IMG/VR virus record: IMGVR_UViG_3300027805_000014
Location: 1-60,199 of that record
Direction: 5' to 3' (one strand)
Length of the DNA stretch: 60,199 nt
Source of the DNA: a virus
Taxonomy: Duplodnaviria; Caudoviricetes
Shown here one piece after another: positions 20,979 through 31,118 of this stretch. The notes below the pieces were generated by a model that was not told where the DNA came from, did no database searches, and worked only from the letters and a program-made list of their open reading frames with translations. The position numbers and the translations under genes are program-made. Position 1 is the first letter of the stretch. Each line of letters opens with the position of its first letter.

Positions 20979-22679
20979 GTGAAGATTACGTTCAGACAAG
21001 GGGTTGCTCGCTACCAGACAGACGTTGGCGCCAATCCCACTTTTCTGCAAAGATCAGCAAATTCAAACACTATAGACCTTATAGTTTCACCAGATCCAAC
21101 GGTTATCGTATTTGCGCACAGAGATGCTAACTACGTATTTGAGGAGGTAAAAACTGTAAGAAATGCTTGGGGCCCATTTAGTGGAAACGAAACACGCTAC
21201 CTTTATTGGGACGTTGATCTACTTACGGCCCAGTTAACTCGAGGCGCAACTCTTTACCCTCCTATCATCTCAGCTCTAGCACCAGTAAATCCAATCTTTG
21301 ACCAACATTGGTTCGATGTTCAAGAGATGGTGATGAAGGTATGGAACGGTGCTAAGTGGATTGAAAAAATACGGGTATTTGCAGCAACACTAAGCTCAAA
21401 CTCAATCATAAAGGCCCCGCCAGGACTCCCATCTAGCTCAAACTCTTGGATAGGTACGCAGGTTGGTGTCGTCGGTGAATTTGAAACTGGCAACATAGTA
21501 CTTGACAGCTTTTTTAAGCCATTAAGACAATCAGATGGCTCATTCGTTACGTCAACTACCAATATGTCGGTTGTTAGTATTGGTACAAGACGAGTAAGAT
21601 TTGAAAACGATATAACCAGTCTGTTAGCTGAAGAACAGATACCGAGATACAGCTTGGTACAGATAAAACCAGGCAGAAGAGCACTGCTTGCTCGTAGTAC
21701 TGACAAGTGGTCAAGAGTTTCAGGAATAGCGCTTGAAGACATGTATCAGGGAGAAACTTCTATAGTTGTAACTGGTGGTCTTGTCAGAAATGAGCTTTGG
21801 GATTGGCCAGCATCTTCAATAGGTAGGCCAATATTCTGTGGACCTACTGGACAAGTCACTTTAATCCCTGCAATTTTTGGGGTGCACCAGCAGGTTGGAT
21901 ATATCTACGACACGGATGCTATCTACATCGAGGTGCAACCGGCAATAATGCTAGATAACCCGTATGATGTCGAAACACCTGAACCACCAGTAGTTAATCC
22001 TACTTTACCAACAGCTAACTTCAGCGTTATTGTTTCAGAAAGACGTGGAACTGCACCGCATACGGTTAATTTTGTCAATACCTCAGAAAATGCAACATCA
22101 TATGAATGGGACTTTCACAATGGTGGAGGAATTGATAGTACAGCGCTTTCTCCTACGTACACCTATATCACGCCAGGAACGTACAGCGTAAGTCTAAAGG
22201 CCTACAACGCATTTGGAACTGATACTGAAATAAAAACGGGATTCATCATCGTCGATCCGTCAGGCCCAGCGCCAACGTTCACTAATCTTGATATTTCATT
22301 AACTGGTCCTTTGCAAGTTCAAAAAAATGAGCTGTTTACTGTTTCAGTAAGCATCTCAAATGCGGGCCTATTAACTGCAACTAACATTGAAAGAACTATC
22401 CAACTTCCTGATGTTACACATTCTGATGGTGTAAGGCATCAGGTAGTTCCATCTGGCCTGCCTCCGGGTGCAACGGTTACGCGTCAATCTAACGTTACTG
22501 TGGTTCAGCTTCCACCTATTTTATCTCTGATAAGTGGTGGAGTTGTAAATATTTCTTTCTCCGTACAGGCACCACCAGTACAATCACAGATAAATATCGT
22601 TGCGAGCGTCAACAGCCCTGAAAATGATTCTGAGACTGGCGATAACACTACCAACCTTTACGTTGAGGTTAGGTCATGA
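20979..22679 (+). CDS. Virion protein with PKD domain and C-terminal Ig-like (DUF11-like) domain
   Basis: PTANFS...GTAPHTVNFVNTS..ATSYEWDF..PTYTYITPGTYSVSL is a PKD signature. Confidence 0.7.
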   Translation: MKITFRQGVARYQTDVGANPTFLQRSANSNTIDLIVSPDPTVIVFAHRDANYVFEEVKTVRNAWGPFSGNETRYLYWDVDLLTAQLTRGATLYPPIISALAPVNPIFDQHWFDVQEMVMKVWNGAKWIEKIRVFAATLSSNSIIKAPPGLPSSSNSWIGTQVGVVGEFETGNIVLDSFFKPLRQSDGSFVTSTTNMSVVSIGTRRVRFENDITSLLAEEQIPRYSLVQIKPGRRALLARSTDKWSRVSGIALEDMYQGETSIVVTGGLVRNELWDWPASSIGRPIFCGPTGQVTLIPAIFGVHQQVGYIYDTDAIYIEVQPAIMLDNPYDVETPEPPVVNPTLPTANFSVIVSERRGTAPHTVNFVNTSENATSYEWDFHNGGGIDSTALSPTYTYITPGTYSVSLKAYNAFGTDTEIKTGFIIVDPSGPAPTFTNLDISLTGPLQVQKNELFTVSVSISNAGLLTATNIERTIQLPDVTHSDGVRHQVVPSGLPPGATVTRQSNVTVVQLPPILSLISGGVVNISFSVQAPPVQSQINIVASVNSPENDSETGDNTTNLYVEVRS

Positions 22680-23596
22680 CAAAAGTTTTTAAGCCAATCT
22701 ATAGAGATGAGCAGTACGGTGAGCTGGCGCAGCTAGCAGACAATGCTATCGTTAACATCGGCGGAACTTCAAGTCCGTTCTTCACTGTTGGTGGTAGACC
22801 TCTCCTTTTTGCTGATGGTTCAACCACTGCACCTGACACCGGAAGTGGTTTTACCTTTCAAGTTGCGTACGGAAATTCACTTGTTCCTGCACAGATAAAC
22901 ACGACAGCTGGCAAGAACATAATTTTCAATTCTGTTAATGGCATCAAATTTACATTTGATGCCAACAACGGAAATGTAACAATTGGTGGAAGTCTTAATC
23001 TAACAGGGCTAATAAACGGCGTTGCTGTTAGTAACCTCATTGACCACATCAACGCATCTACGATTATCCCAAAGCACACCGCTGAACAGATAAACGTAAA
23101 TGATAGTGCGTTAAATCAAATATCTGGACAGAATGTTCAGCGTATCATAGAAGATATTGACTCCAAGATAAATGAGCTTGTTGTCAATAATGTTGTTGGA
23201 TTTGAATTTAAACAAGTAACGCCATCAGTTACTTGGAACATCTCGCACAATAAAAATAGTAAAAAGATACATGTAACAATATGGGATAGCACAGATGAAG
23301 TTGTGCTGCCAAACAGCATAAAGATAATAGACGCTAATAACATTAGAGTAACATTTTCATCACCGCAATCAGGAAAAGCGGACTTGATGATTTATATCAC
23401 TAACGAATTTGACCCTGATGCTCCTAACTTGGTTGACGCACCAGAAAGGCAAAATGAAAATATCAACGTGGTCGCGAATATTCCGTCAGTTGAATTTACT
23501 GGTAACTTGGTTTCTGACTCCTCTATTACAGAAACAGTAAATATTTCAGCAGATATAAATGAAGTAACTTTAATTGACGGCAGTCCAGCAGAATAG
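22676..23596 (+). CDS. Putative virion protein containing one WxIxHN module
   Basis: FKQVTPSVTWNISHNKN...PNSIKIIDANNIRVTFSSPQSGKA. Confidence 0.6.
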   Translation: MTKVFKPIYRDEQYGELAQLADNAIVNIGGTSSPFFTVGGRPLLFADGSTTAPDTGSGFTFQVAYGNSLVPAQINTTAGKNIIFNSVNGIKFTFDANNGNVTIGGSLNLTGLINGVAVSNLIDHINASTIIPKHTAEQINVNDSALNQISGQNVQRIIEDIDSKINELVVNNVVGFEFKQVTPSVTWNISHNKNSKKIHVTIWDSTDEVVLPNSIKIIDANNIRVTFSSPQSGKADLMIYITNEFDPDAPNLVDAPERQNENINVVANIPSVEFTGNLVSDSSITETVNISADINEVTLIDGSPAE

Positions 23597-23614
23597 GATA
23601 ATTAAGCGAGGAAT

Positions 23615-24571
23615 ATGATGAACGCGGAAATAAAATTGAATATGCAGGGTTTTTACAGAATAGTATGTAAGAATCCTTATGATGAGAAAAGAGTTCTGGC
23701 AGAATGGTTTCAAAATGAAATTGTTAATACTGGGCTTGATCTTTTTGGCAATGATTTACTCGACAGCGTTAGCGCGTGTTTCGTGGGAACAGGAAATTCT
23801 CAACCACAAGACTCTAACACGCAGCTTGATGTTCAGGTTGGCAGTACAAATGACGTGATTTCATCTGTTTCAGGCCCTGGTACTGGTTCGCCTGCTTACA
23901 GCTTCTGCAGAAAAACATTTAGATTTGCTGAAGGTTCTGTTTCTGGAATTATAACGGAAATTGGTGTCGGAGCTGTTTCAGGTTTCAATCAGCAAATTCT
24001 ATTCAGCCGAGCGCTCATAAGGGATCAGAGTGGTTTTCCAGCAGCTGTACAGGTAGAGTTAACTGATGTCCTTGAAGTTGAGTATGAACTCAGAATGTAT
24101 CCAGTTACATTTGACTCGACCGGTAACTTTTCGCTCAATGGTATAAACTACATGTACACCATTAGACCTGCTCTTGCTAATGTTCCAGTTCCCGGCTGGG
24201 CGTCTTCATCAAATCCAAGCACGATTTTGACAAATCCTGTTGGCGTACAGTGCGTTGCAACAAACCTAATGCAATTAGCCCCCTACACCGACTATCCAAT
24301 CTATCCGGATGGAAATGAATCAGACACCATTACTAGTTTCTCTGATTTTGCTTTTGTATGGAAACCGTATATTGCGGGTTTATATTACAGAGATTTAGAA
24401 ATTAACTTTGATTTCCAAAACGCAAATTTTGAAAATGGAATTCAAGGTTTGTTCGTTGTTACAAATGGTGGCTATTACCAAGTGGTATTTGCACCAAGCA
24501 TTCCAAAAACTAATACCAAGCAGCTAAAGGTAACTCTTAGAATTTTTTGGGGTGGATTGGGTGGAACATAA
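23615..24571 (+). CDS. Putative tail structural protein
   Basis: WFQNEIVNTGLD..CFVGTGNSQP..ITEIGV..LFSRALIRD..LEVEYELRMYP pattern of phage tail proteins. Confidence 0.55.
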   Translation: MMNAEIKLNMQGFYRIVCKNPYDEKRVLAEWFQNEIVNTGLDLFGNDLLDSVSACFVGTGNSQPQDSNTQLDVQVGSTNDVISSVSGPGTGSPAYSFCRKTFRFAEGSVSGIITEIGVGAVSGFNQQILFSRALIRDQSGFPAAVQVELTDVLEVEYELRMYPVTFDSTGNFSLNGINYMYTIRPALANVPVPGWASSSNPSTILTNPVGVQCVATNLMQLAPYTDYPIYPDGNESDTITSFSDFAFVWKPYIAGLYYRDLEINFDFQNANFENGIQGLFVVTNGGYYQVVFAPSIPKTNTKQLKVTLRIFWGGLGGT

Positions 24572-24605
24572 TTGCGACGTGATTTTTCAACTTTAATGAA
24601 AAACG

Positions 24606-24613
24606 CATAAATA
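24606..24613 (+). promoter_or_regulatory. Putative late promoter CATAAATA
   Basis: Exact motif about 30 bp upstream of 24643. Confidence 0.6.
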
Positions 24614-24642
24614 AAAGATCTATAAAACTCATGGATAAGTAG

Positions 24643-24870
24643 ATGAAGCGCTATATTGAGACGAGCGATATTGTTCTTGCGGCTACATTAAAAGTTTTCA
24701 ATCAGCAACTTGACAAGATACAGAAGCATGGAAACAGAGGTGTTTTCTGCTTTGCAGATGTAGATGAAACAATCTTGACTGACTTTGACCTTGGTAAAAG
24801 TTTAGTTGAGCCTGTTTCTTTTAATAACGCTATAAAAGCTCTTACGACTGCAGTAAGACGAATGAATTGA
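24643..24870 (+). CDS. Small hypothetical protein (DUF5659-like)
   Basis: ETSDIVLAATL...GVFCF pattern; fills the gap before the fibre gene. Confidence 0.55.
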   Translation: MKRYIETSDIVLAATLKVFNQQLDKIQKHGNRGVFCFADVDETILTDFDLGKSLVEPVSFNNAIKALTTAVRRMN

Positions 24871-24901
24871 TTTTTTAACCTTAGTCTAAGGAGACAGATA
24901 C

Positions 24902-27673
24902 ATGAAGATTAATGGCTCATTAGTATTTGACGCATCATCAGCATCAGAAATTCAGAACCTGCGCGTTCAGAAGTACACTGGTGCAACAGTACCAGCTCAC
25001 ACTGCTGCTGATGTTGGCCGTCTGATCTACGTCACCACCGCTGGTGGTGAACTCAACTACAAGGCAAACACCGTCTACATGGGTGGTGCAAGCGCTTGGA
25101 TTCCAGTTGCAACTGGTGGCGACGCTGAGGCTCTGCAAACTGAAGTCAACGCAATTGAAACTTCTCTCGGTGCCGGCATTGGTTCGGATGGTACGTTTGC
25201 TGCTGGTGGTTTTGATGCCAAGTTTGCCGAGGCACTCGGTGGCGCTCCAACCAGCTTTACTGACGCTATCAACAAGCTGGCAACATACGCCGATGCAAAC
25301 AACCAGCTTTCAGAGCTTGATGATGTCACAATCACCAGCGTTCAAAATGGTCAGTACCTCAAGTACGACTCAGCAACTAGCAAGTGGGTCAATGACACGC
25401 TGCAAGTTGCTGACGTAACCGATCTCACAGCTTCTGCTGCCGAGCTCAATGTTCTTGACGGTATCACCTCTTCTACCGCTGAACTGAACATTCTTGACGG
25501 CGTAACTGCTGACAAGGACGACATCAACCTGATTGATGGTTTTGCTGCTGCTCTTACCGCTGCTGGTAAGTCAGTTAGCGCCACTGAGTACGGATACCTT
25601 GACGGTGTCACCTCAGCTATCCAGACACAGCTTGACAACAAGCAACCCCTGGACGCAACTCTGACTGCACTTGCGGCATTCAACACCAACGGTATCGTTG
25701 TTCAAACTGCTGCTGACACATTTGCTGGTCGTTCGCTGACAGCTCCTGCTGCTGGTATCACCATCACAAATGCTGACGGCGTTGCTGGCAACCCAACATT
25801 TGCTCTTGCAAATGACCTCGCTGCTCTTGAAGGCCTGGCAACTACCGGTTTCATCGTTCGTACTGGTGACGGTACAGCTGTTACCCGCTCGGTTGCTGGC
25901 ACTGCAAGCAACATCGTTGTTACCAATGGTAGCGGCGTTTCGGGTGATGCAACTATCGATCTGGCAGCTGTTACTCAAGCCGCGACTGGTAACTTTGTCA
26001 AGGTTACTCTTGACGGCTTTGGTCGTGTGACCGGTAACACGGCAGTTACAACTGCTGACATCACGACTCTGGTTGACGCTACCTACGTCAACGTTTCTGG
26101 CGACACGATGACTGGTGACCTGGTAATGGGTGCCAACTATGTCACAATGTCGAACGCACCAACGCAAGCAACGCAAGCCGCTAACAAGGCATACGTTGAC
26201 TCTGTTGCTGCTGGCCTGTCATGGAAGCAAGCTGTACGTGCAGCCACCACCGCAAACGTTGCTCTAGCTCCAGCCCCAGCAACTATTGATGGTGTAACTC
26301 TCGTAACTGGTGATCGCGTTCTTGTTAAGAACCAAACTGCTGCTGCAGAAAATGGCATCTACGTGTTTGATGGTACGGACCTGGTCCGTGCAGCTGACAT
26401 GAATGCTGCTGCTGAGTTTGCAGGTGCTGCAGCATTTGTTACCGAAGGTACTGCTAATGCAGATACTGGCTGGACACAAACTGCCGAAGTTACAACTCTT
26501 GGCACATCGTCTGTAACATGGACGCAGTTCTCTGGTGCAAATGCCTATACATGGGGCGATGGTCTTGTCATCAATGGCAATACCGTTAGCGTCAATATGG
26601 GTGCTGGTATCAAGATTCTGCCTGCTGACGAAGTCGGTATCGACGTCGCATCTGGTAAGGCAGTTCAGCTGACCTCTGAATTGACTGGTGGACAGCTTAC
26701 CTTCGTTCTGGACACTGGTTCAGGTATGGAGCAGTCATCTGCTGGTCTGAAGATCAGCACTGGTGGTGTTACCAACTCAATGTTGGCCAACAGCACGATG
26801 ACCATTGCTGGTACATCAGGCTCGGACGCAGTTGCTCTTGGTGAAACCCTCACCTTCTCGTCAACTGTAACTGGTCTGGTTTCGTCAACTGTTGCTACCA
26901 ACGGCGTCGCTCTCGATGTTCGCCTCGCTTCGACGAGCGTAACTGGTGTCGCAAGCTTCGCAACTGGCGACTTTGCGGTTTCTGTTGGTGGTGAAGTAAC
27001 CATCAAGACTGGCGGTGTTGACAACGCTCAACTTGCCAACAGCACCATCACCGTTGCTGGTACAACTGGTTCGGATGCAGTCGCTCTTGGTGAAACCCTC
27101 ACCTTCTCGTCGACTGTTTCTGGTCTGGTTTCCTCGACTGTTGCTACAAACGGCATCGCTCTTGATGTTCGTAAGGCAACAGCTTCAGAAACTGGTGTCG
27201 CAAGCTTCAGCAGCGACTTCTTCAGCGTCTCAGACGGTGCAGTCAGCCTCGCAGCATCGCTTGACGATCTGACCAACGTGTCGAGCGCCGACGCAGCTGT
27301 AACTGGTACACTGCTCACCAAGACAGCAACTGATTGGCAGCCTGTCAGCCGTGCTGACGTCGTTGCTTCGGTAACGCTGGATGACATCGGCGACGTTGCT
27401 CTGAGCTCGCCTGCAGATGGTGAAGTTCTGGTCCGCAATGGTTCAAACCAGTGGGTCAACCAGAAGGTCTATCACCTGCACACCCAGACTGGTACTGCAA
27501 CGACTTGGACTGTTACCCACAATCTGGGCGTTAAGTACTGCAACGTAACTGTTGTTGATGCTTCAGATGAAGTCATCATCCCACAGTCAATCACGTTCGA
27601 CAGCACAACGCAGCTAACCGTTACATTCAACACCGCCATCGCTGGTAAGGTTGTTGTAATGGGTATCGCCTAA
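24902..27673 (+). CDS. Fibre-like virion protein (923 aa)
   Basis: A/G/T-rich; LDGFGRVT, AANKAYVD, IDGVTLVTGDRVLVKNQ..ENGIY motifs; strong AAGGAG RBS; internal 83-aa duplication. Confidence 0.75.
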   Translation: MKINGSLVFDASSASEIQNLRVQKYTGATVPAHTAADVGRLIYVTTAGGELNYKANTVYMGGASAWIPVATGGDAEALQTEVNAIETSLGAGIGSDGTFAAGGFDAKFAEALGGAPTSFTDAINKLATYADANNQLSELDDVTITSVQNGQYLKYDSATSKWVNDTLQVADVTDLTASAAELNVLDGITSSTAELNILDGVTADKDDINLIDGFAAALTAAGKSVSATEYGYLDGVTSAIQTQLDNKQPLDATLTALAAFNTNGIVVQTAADTFAGRSLTAPAAGITITNADGVAGNPTFALANDLAALEGLATTGFIVRTGDGTAVTRSVAGTASNIVVTNGSGVSGDATIDLAAVTQAATGNFVKVTLDGFGRVTGNTAVTTADITTLVDATYVNVSGDTMTGDLVMGANYVTMSNAPTQATQAANKAYVDSVAAGLSWKQAVRAATTANVALAPAPATIDGVTLVTGDRVLVKNQTAAAENGIYVFDGTDLVRAADMNAAAEFAGAAAFVTEGTANADTGWTQTAEVTTLGTSSVTWTQFSGANAYTWGDGLVINGNTVSVNMGAGIKILPADEVGIDVASGKAVQLTSELTGGQLTFVLDTGSGMEQSSAGLKISTGGVTNSMLANSTMTIAGTSGSDAVALGETLTFSSTVTGLVSSTVATNGVALDVRLASTSVTGVASFATGDFAVSVGGEVTIKTGGVDNAQLANSTITVAGTTGSDAVALGETLTFSSTVSGLVSSTVATNGIALDVRKATASETGVASFSSDFFSVSDGAVSLAASLDDLTNVSSADAAVTGTLLTKTATDWQPVSRADVVASVTLDDIGDVALSSPADGEVLVRNGSNQWVNQKVYHLHTQTGTATTWTVTHNLGVKYCNVTVVDASDEVIIPQSITFDSTTQLTVTFNTAIAGKVVVMGIA
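26760..27245 (+). repeat. Internal tandem duplication in the fibre gene, 249-bp (83-aa) period
   Basis: GTxGCTCTTGGTGAAACCCTCACCTTCTCG at 26831 and 27080; GSDAVALGETLTFSSTV occurs twice. Confidence 0.85.
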
Positions 27674-27694
27674 TAGGTAATCTGTCTCAAATTT

Positions 27695-27719
27695 AAGGGC
27701 GGCTTCGGCCGCCCTTTTT
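27695..27719 (+). terminator. Rho-independent terminator with cUUCGg tetraloop
   Basis: AAGGGCGGC-TTCG-GCCGCCCTTTTT directly after the fibre stop. Confidence 0.9.
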
Positions 27720-27728
27720 CATGGTCTC

Positions 27729-27736
27729 CATAAATA
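27729..27736 (+). promoter_or_regulatory. Putative late promoter CATAAATA
   Basis: Immediately after the terminator, about 25 bp before 27761. Confidence 0.65.
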
Positions 27737-27760
27737 GACAGGTTGAATTGACATTGGGGG

Positions 27761-28369
27761 ATGATAATGAAATTTTTTGGCCACGCAGATCTTCAAAAGA
27801 ACCAATTGCAAAATGCAGCTCTTCAGACTCTGTCCAGTTTTCCATCGAGCCCTGTTGTAGGACAAATTGCGTTTGTCAACAGCATTGTCTATATTTGCGC
27901 CAGCGTTGAAAATAGCCTACCAATTTGGATTCCACTTACACGCGAAATTACTGCGTATACGCACCTTCAAAATTCAGCATCAACATCTTGGAGCATTACG
28001 CACGGGCTTAATACCACAAGTGTTCAAGTTCAGGTATTTGACGGTGCTAACAAGATGGTTATCCCAGATGACATTGAGATTACATCTGTAAATTCTGTGA
28101 CAATCGCATTTAATACTCAGATGACCGGCCGGGCTATTGTTCTAAGCGGGCATTTTGATGGTAATGTTAAGCCAACTTATTCGTTCACTCACTATCAGTC
28201 TGAAAGCTCTACTACCTGGACAGTTGTTCACGGCTTAGGGTACAACCCAATCGTAAGAGTGTTTATCGGTAACCAGGAAGTTCAACCTGCATCGATTACT
28301 CATGACACCGCAAACCAAACAACTATTACATTTTCAACCAGCCAAGCTGGATATGCTAAGTTTATCTAA
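27761..28369 (+). CDS. Virion accessory protein with two WxxxHGL modules
   Basis: YTHLQNSASTSWSITHGLN and FTHYQSESSTTWTVVHGLG. Confidence 0.7.
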   Translation: MIMKFFGHADLQKNQLQNAALQTLSSFPSSPVVGQIAFVNSIVYICASVENSLPIWIPLTREITAYTHLQNSASTSWSITHGLNTTSVQVQVFDGANKMVIPDDIEITSVNSVTIAFNTQMTGRAIVLSGHFDGNVKPTYSFTHYQSESSTTWTVVHGLGYNPIVRVFIGNQEVQPASITHDTANQTTITFSTSQAGYAKFI

Positions 28370-28381
28370 GGAGATTGGTAA

Positions 28382-28612
28382 ATGTCTGACTTTTCTCCAA
28401 AGGCTGTAACCACATATCGCCATGTTCAGCAAGTACCAGCTGAAACGTGGACAATCGAGCATTGGCAGGGCATTTATCCCGCGGTGGATATTATCTCAGA
28501 GGTTAATGGGCAGCAGGTTAAACTTATGCCGCAAACAATAACCTATGTAGATGCAAATACTGTGACTGTTAACTTTTCAACTGCACGGAGCGGTATTGCC
28601 GTAATATCATGA
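28382..28612 (+). CDS. Single-module WxIxH protein
   Basis: YRHVQQVPAETWTIEHW...PQTITYVDANTVTVNFS; AAGGAG RBS. Confidence 0.65.
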   Translation: MSDFSPKAVTTYRHVQQVPAETWTIEHWQGIYPAVDIISEVNGQQVKLMPQTITYVDANTVTVNFSTARSGIAVIS

Positions 28613-28830
28613 GCGCTGGTTCAAAAATTCTAAGATTCACACAGTCAGTCGCATCAAGCGAATGGACAGTTGCCCACAACTTTGGAACGAAGCCTGCGTG
28701 CGATGTTGCTGTATTTCACAATAACGCAATGCAGAAAATCTTTCCAAGTAATGTTGTTCATCAAAATGACAACACTGTGGTTATTACATTTAGCTCACCA
28801 AGAACTGGAACTGTAACACTTATCGCGTAA
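28609..28830 (+). CDS. Single-module WxVxHN protein
   Basis: FTQSVASSEWTVAHNFG...PSNVVHQNDNTVVITFS; ATGA coupling. Confidence 0.65.
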   Translation: MSAGSKILRFTQSVASSEWTVAHNFGTKPACDVAVFHNNAMQKIFPSNVVHQNDNTVVITFSSPRTGTVTLIA

Positions 28831-28831
28831 A

Positions 28832-29188
28832 ATGTTTACTAGCTTCTTAAGTCAAAAAATCATAGTTGCTGTAGTTCTTATCCTAACTTTGCTCGCTGGT
28901 GGATTTGCCACTCAGTCGCATATTAGAGGTCTAAAGCTGCAGATTGAAAAGCTTAAGTCAGAAAATACAGCGCTTTCATTAAAAATTGAGCTACAAAATA
29001 AAGCTGTACAAGCACTGAAAGATGCAGCAGAAAAAAAGCAAAAGGAGGCTAGGATTCAGATAGAAAAAGCAAAAAAAGAAACAGAAAACGCTAAAAAGCA
29101 AGCTGAAACCATTTATAACTCTGTTCCTTCTACTCCGGATGATATGTGTAAAAGTGCCCTCGATCTTATTAATGGAGTACAAAAATGA
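28832..29188 (+). CDS. Inner-membrane spanin (Rz-like)
   Basis: N-terminal TM segment, coiled coil, C-terminal Cys; overlaps a lipoprotein gene. Confidence 0.75.
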   Translation: MFTSFLSQKIIVAVVLILTLLAGGFATQSHIRGLKLQIEKLKSENTALSLKIELQNKAVQALKDAAEKKQKEARIQIEKAKKETENAKKQAETIYNSVPSTPDDMCKSALDLINGVQK

Positions 29189-29427
29189 AGGTGGTAATAG
29201 TAATGATCGCGGCAGTTCTAAGTGGATGTGCGCTAACAAAAGTTCCTGAACCTGTTTATGTTCCTCTTCCGGTTCCTTGCAAGATAGAAGAACCAACCCA
29301 GCCAGAGTTTAGATATTCTCCACCGTATAATCACATCTATGAAGCGGTTACTGATCTCATTGGTGACAGGGTCCTTGCAGAAGCGTATCAAAAAGAGCTT
29401 AAAGCTGCGTTAAACGCATGTAGATAA
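29185..29427 (+). CDS. Outer-membrane spanin lipoprotein (Rz1-like)
   Basis: Signal peptide with LSGC lipobox, Pro-rich segment, C-terminal Cys; implies a Gram-negative host. Confidence 0.8.
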   Translation: MKVVIVMIAAVLSGCALTKVPEPVYVPLPVPCKIEEPTQPEFRYSPPYNHIYEAVTDLIGDRVLAEAYQKELKAALNACR

Positions 29428-29431
29428 AGCA

Positions 29432-31090
29432 ATGAGCTGCTGCCCCCCTGCCCCACAGCTAGTTGAATCAGCAGGCGCTGACAATGTAAGTGGCAGAACT
29501 GATGAAACTGCCATTCTACCCGGTGAGCGTGTTGAGTGCTACATGTCAAGAGCAGAAAATCCTTCAGGCAAAAAGGATGATCTTACAGATTACGAACCAA
29601 ATAGAATACTTAACACGTCAATACCAGTCAAGACAGATGGTTCAATAGACGTTAAATTTGAATTAACGTCGACGTCTACTGTTCCCGCCTCCAACGTTGC
29701 GTGGGAATATTCAGGTAATCCAAACTGGCTAACATCATCTACAACAACAGGAAATAATGATACACTGAAAAGTGGTAGCATACCTGATAGTGACAAAGGC
29801 AAAAAGTTTGAGGTTCAAGTAACCGCAAAAAATGGGACGGAAGTGCTTGATACCAGAAGGTTTGCATTCGCTGTTGAAACTCCATCACCATCAAACTCAA
29901 TACAGTTCATAAACCCGCTGCCCGGAGGTAGAGTTACTTCTCTTTTTGGTCCAAGAGTTCACCCAGTCAAAGGAACCAATGCACCTCACAAAGGCATTGA
30001 TATTTCAACACCAGGTGCTGCTACATCGGACGTTGTGGCGGCCGCTGATGGTGCGGTTGTTTTTACAGGAAATCAACCGGGCGGGGCTGGAAACTATATG
30101 AAGATAAATCATAGAAATTCAGCCGGACAGCTGCTTTGCCAGACTGTGTATATGCATCTAGATAGATTTTACGTTAGTGAAGGACAAAAAGTTGCGGCTG
30201 GGCAAAAGATTGGAAAAGAGGGAAATACTGGGATTGGTACTGCGGCGCATCTGCATTTTGAATGCAGGATAATAAATGGATCAACTCAAACCTGGGTTGA
30301 CCCATTGCCGCTTATCAGAGGCGAAATGCCCGCAGCATTCGCAACAACACCCGACAATCAGGCTGCTCCAGGCAGCGAAAGAACAGTTCAGGGAGATGCC
30401 ACATTAACGCCGGCAGATGTTAATGCAAAAACAGAGTGCCCACCTCCTAGTGCTGATTACCCTAATACACCAGATCCATTAACGCCTGCTATCCCACCAT
30501 CTTGGGAGCCACCATCGGGCACTATTTTTCAAAAAGCATGGTACTTCGTAATGAAGCACGAAGTTGGACCTCACTGGTCCAGTTCACCGGAATTTTCACC
30601 TGGCGACAGCGAGCTTGACGCTGGACTTTTTGGAACTAAATTACAGAAGAAAAAAGTAGGTTACATAAATCACCCTGTAGATCCGGGCGGCGAAACTAAG
30701 TTTGGAGTTGCGCAAAAAACAAATGCCGGAAAGATAACAGTAAGAGACCTAACTTATCCTCAGGCTGAACAGGTTGGATTTAACAACTACTGGAAGAGAA
30801 TTCCTGGTATTTCATCACTTGAAGCAGACAAACCAAGAACTGCAATCTTGTTAATGGACATGATATATCAGCACGGTGAAGGTAACGTATCAAAACTTCT
30901 ACAGCGGGCAAATATTTTTGGTCTAGGGGATGCCCAATCGTGCGAAGCGCTTAAACAGCAAAGAGATACATTTTTCAAAGATATAGTAGCAAGCAACGAA
31001 TCAAAACGCGTATTTTTAAATGGGTGGTTAAGAAGGTCAAACGAAGCCTTACAGTACGCATTGAGCGTTAGCCTCTCACAGACGTCATAA
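29432..31090 (+). CDS. Multidomain peptidoglycan hydrolase: Ig-like + M23 peptidase + GH108 lysozyme + PG-binding tail
   Basis: HKGID, YMHL, HLHFE (M23); HEVG..NHPVDPGGETKFGV (GH108); FLNGWLRR. Confidence 0.85.
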   Translation: MSCCPPAPQLVESAGADNVSGRTDETAILPGERVECYMSRAENPSGKKDDLTDYEPNRILNTSIPVKTDGSIDVKFELTSTSTVPASNVAWEYSGNPNWLTSSTTTGNNDTLKSGSIPDSDKGKKFEVQVTAKNGTEVLDTRRFAFAVETPSPSNSIQFINPLPGGRVTSLFGPRVHPVKGTNAPHKGIDISTPGAATSDVVAAADGAVVFTGNQPGGAGNYMKINHRNSAGQLLCQTVYMHLDRFYVSEGQKVAAGQKIGKEGNTGIGTAAHLHFECRIINGSTQTWVDPLPLIRGEMPAAFATTPDNQAAPGSERTVQGDATLTPADVNAKTECPPPSADYPNTPDPLTPAIPPSWEPPSGTIFQKAWYFVMKHEVGPHWSSSPEFSPGDSELDAGLFGTKLQKKKVGYINHPVDPGGETKFGVAQKTNAGKITVRDLTYPQAEQVGFNNYWKRIPGISSLEADKPRTAILLMDMIYQHGEGNVSKLLQRANIFGLGDAQSCEALKQQRDTFFKDIVASNESKRVFLNGWLRRSNEALQYALSVSLSQTS

Positions 31091-31093
31091 ATA
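31086..31093 (+). promoter_or_regulatory. Putative late promoter CATAAATA
   Basis: Exact motif about 25 bp before the PAAR gene. Confidence 0.6.
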
Positions 31094-31118
31094 CCTGGCA
31101 TCTTACGGAACTTAATGC

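Noticed and set aside
24944-27459. Many overlapping alternative ORFs in the fibre gene
   Set aside because: Expected from biased codon usage with few off-frame stops
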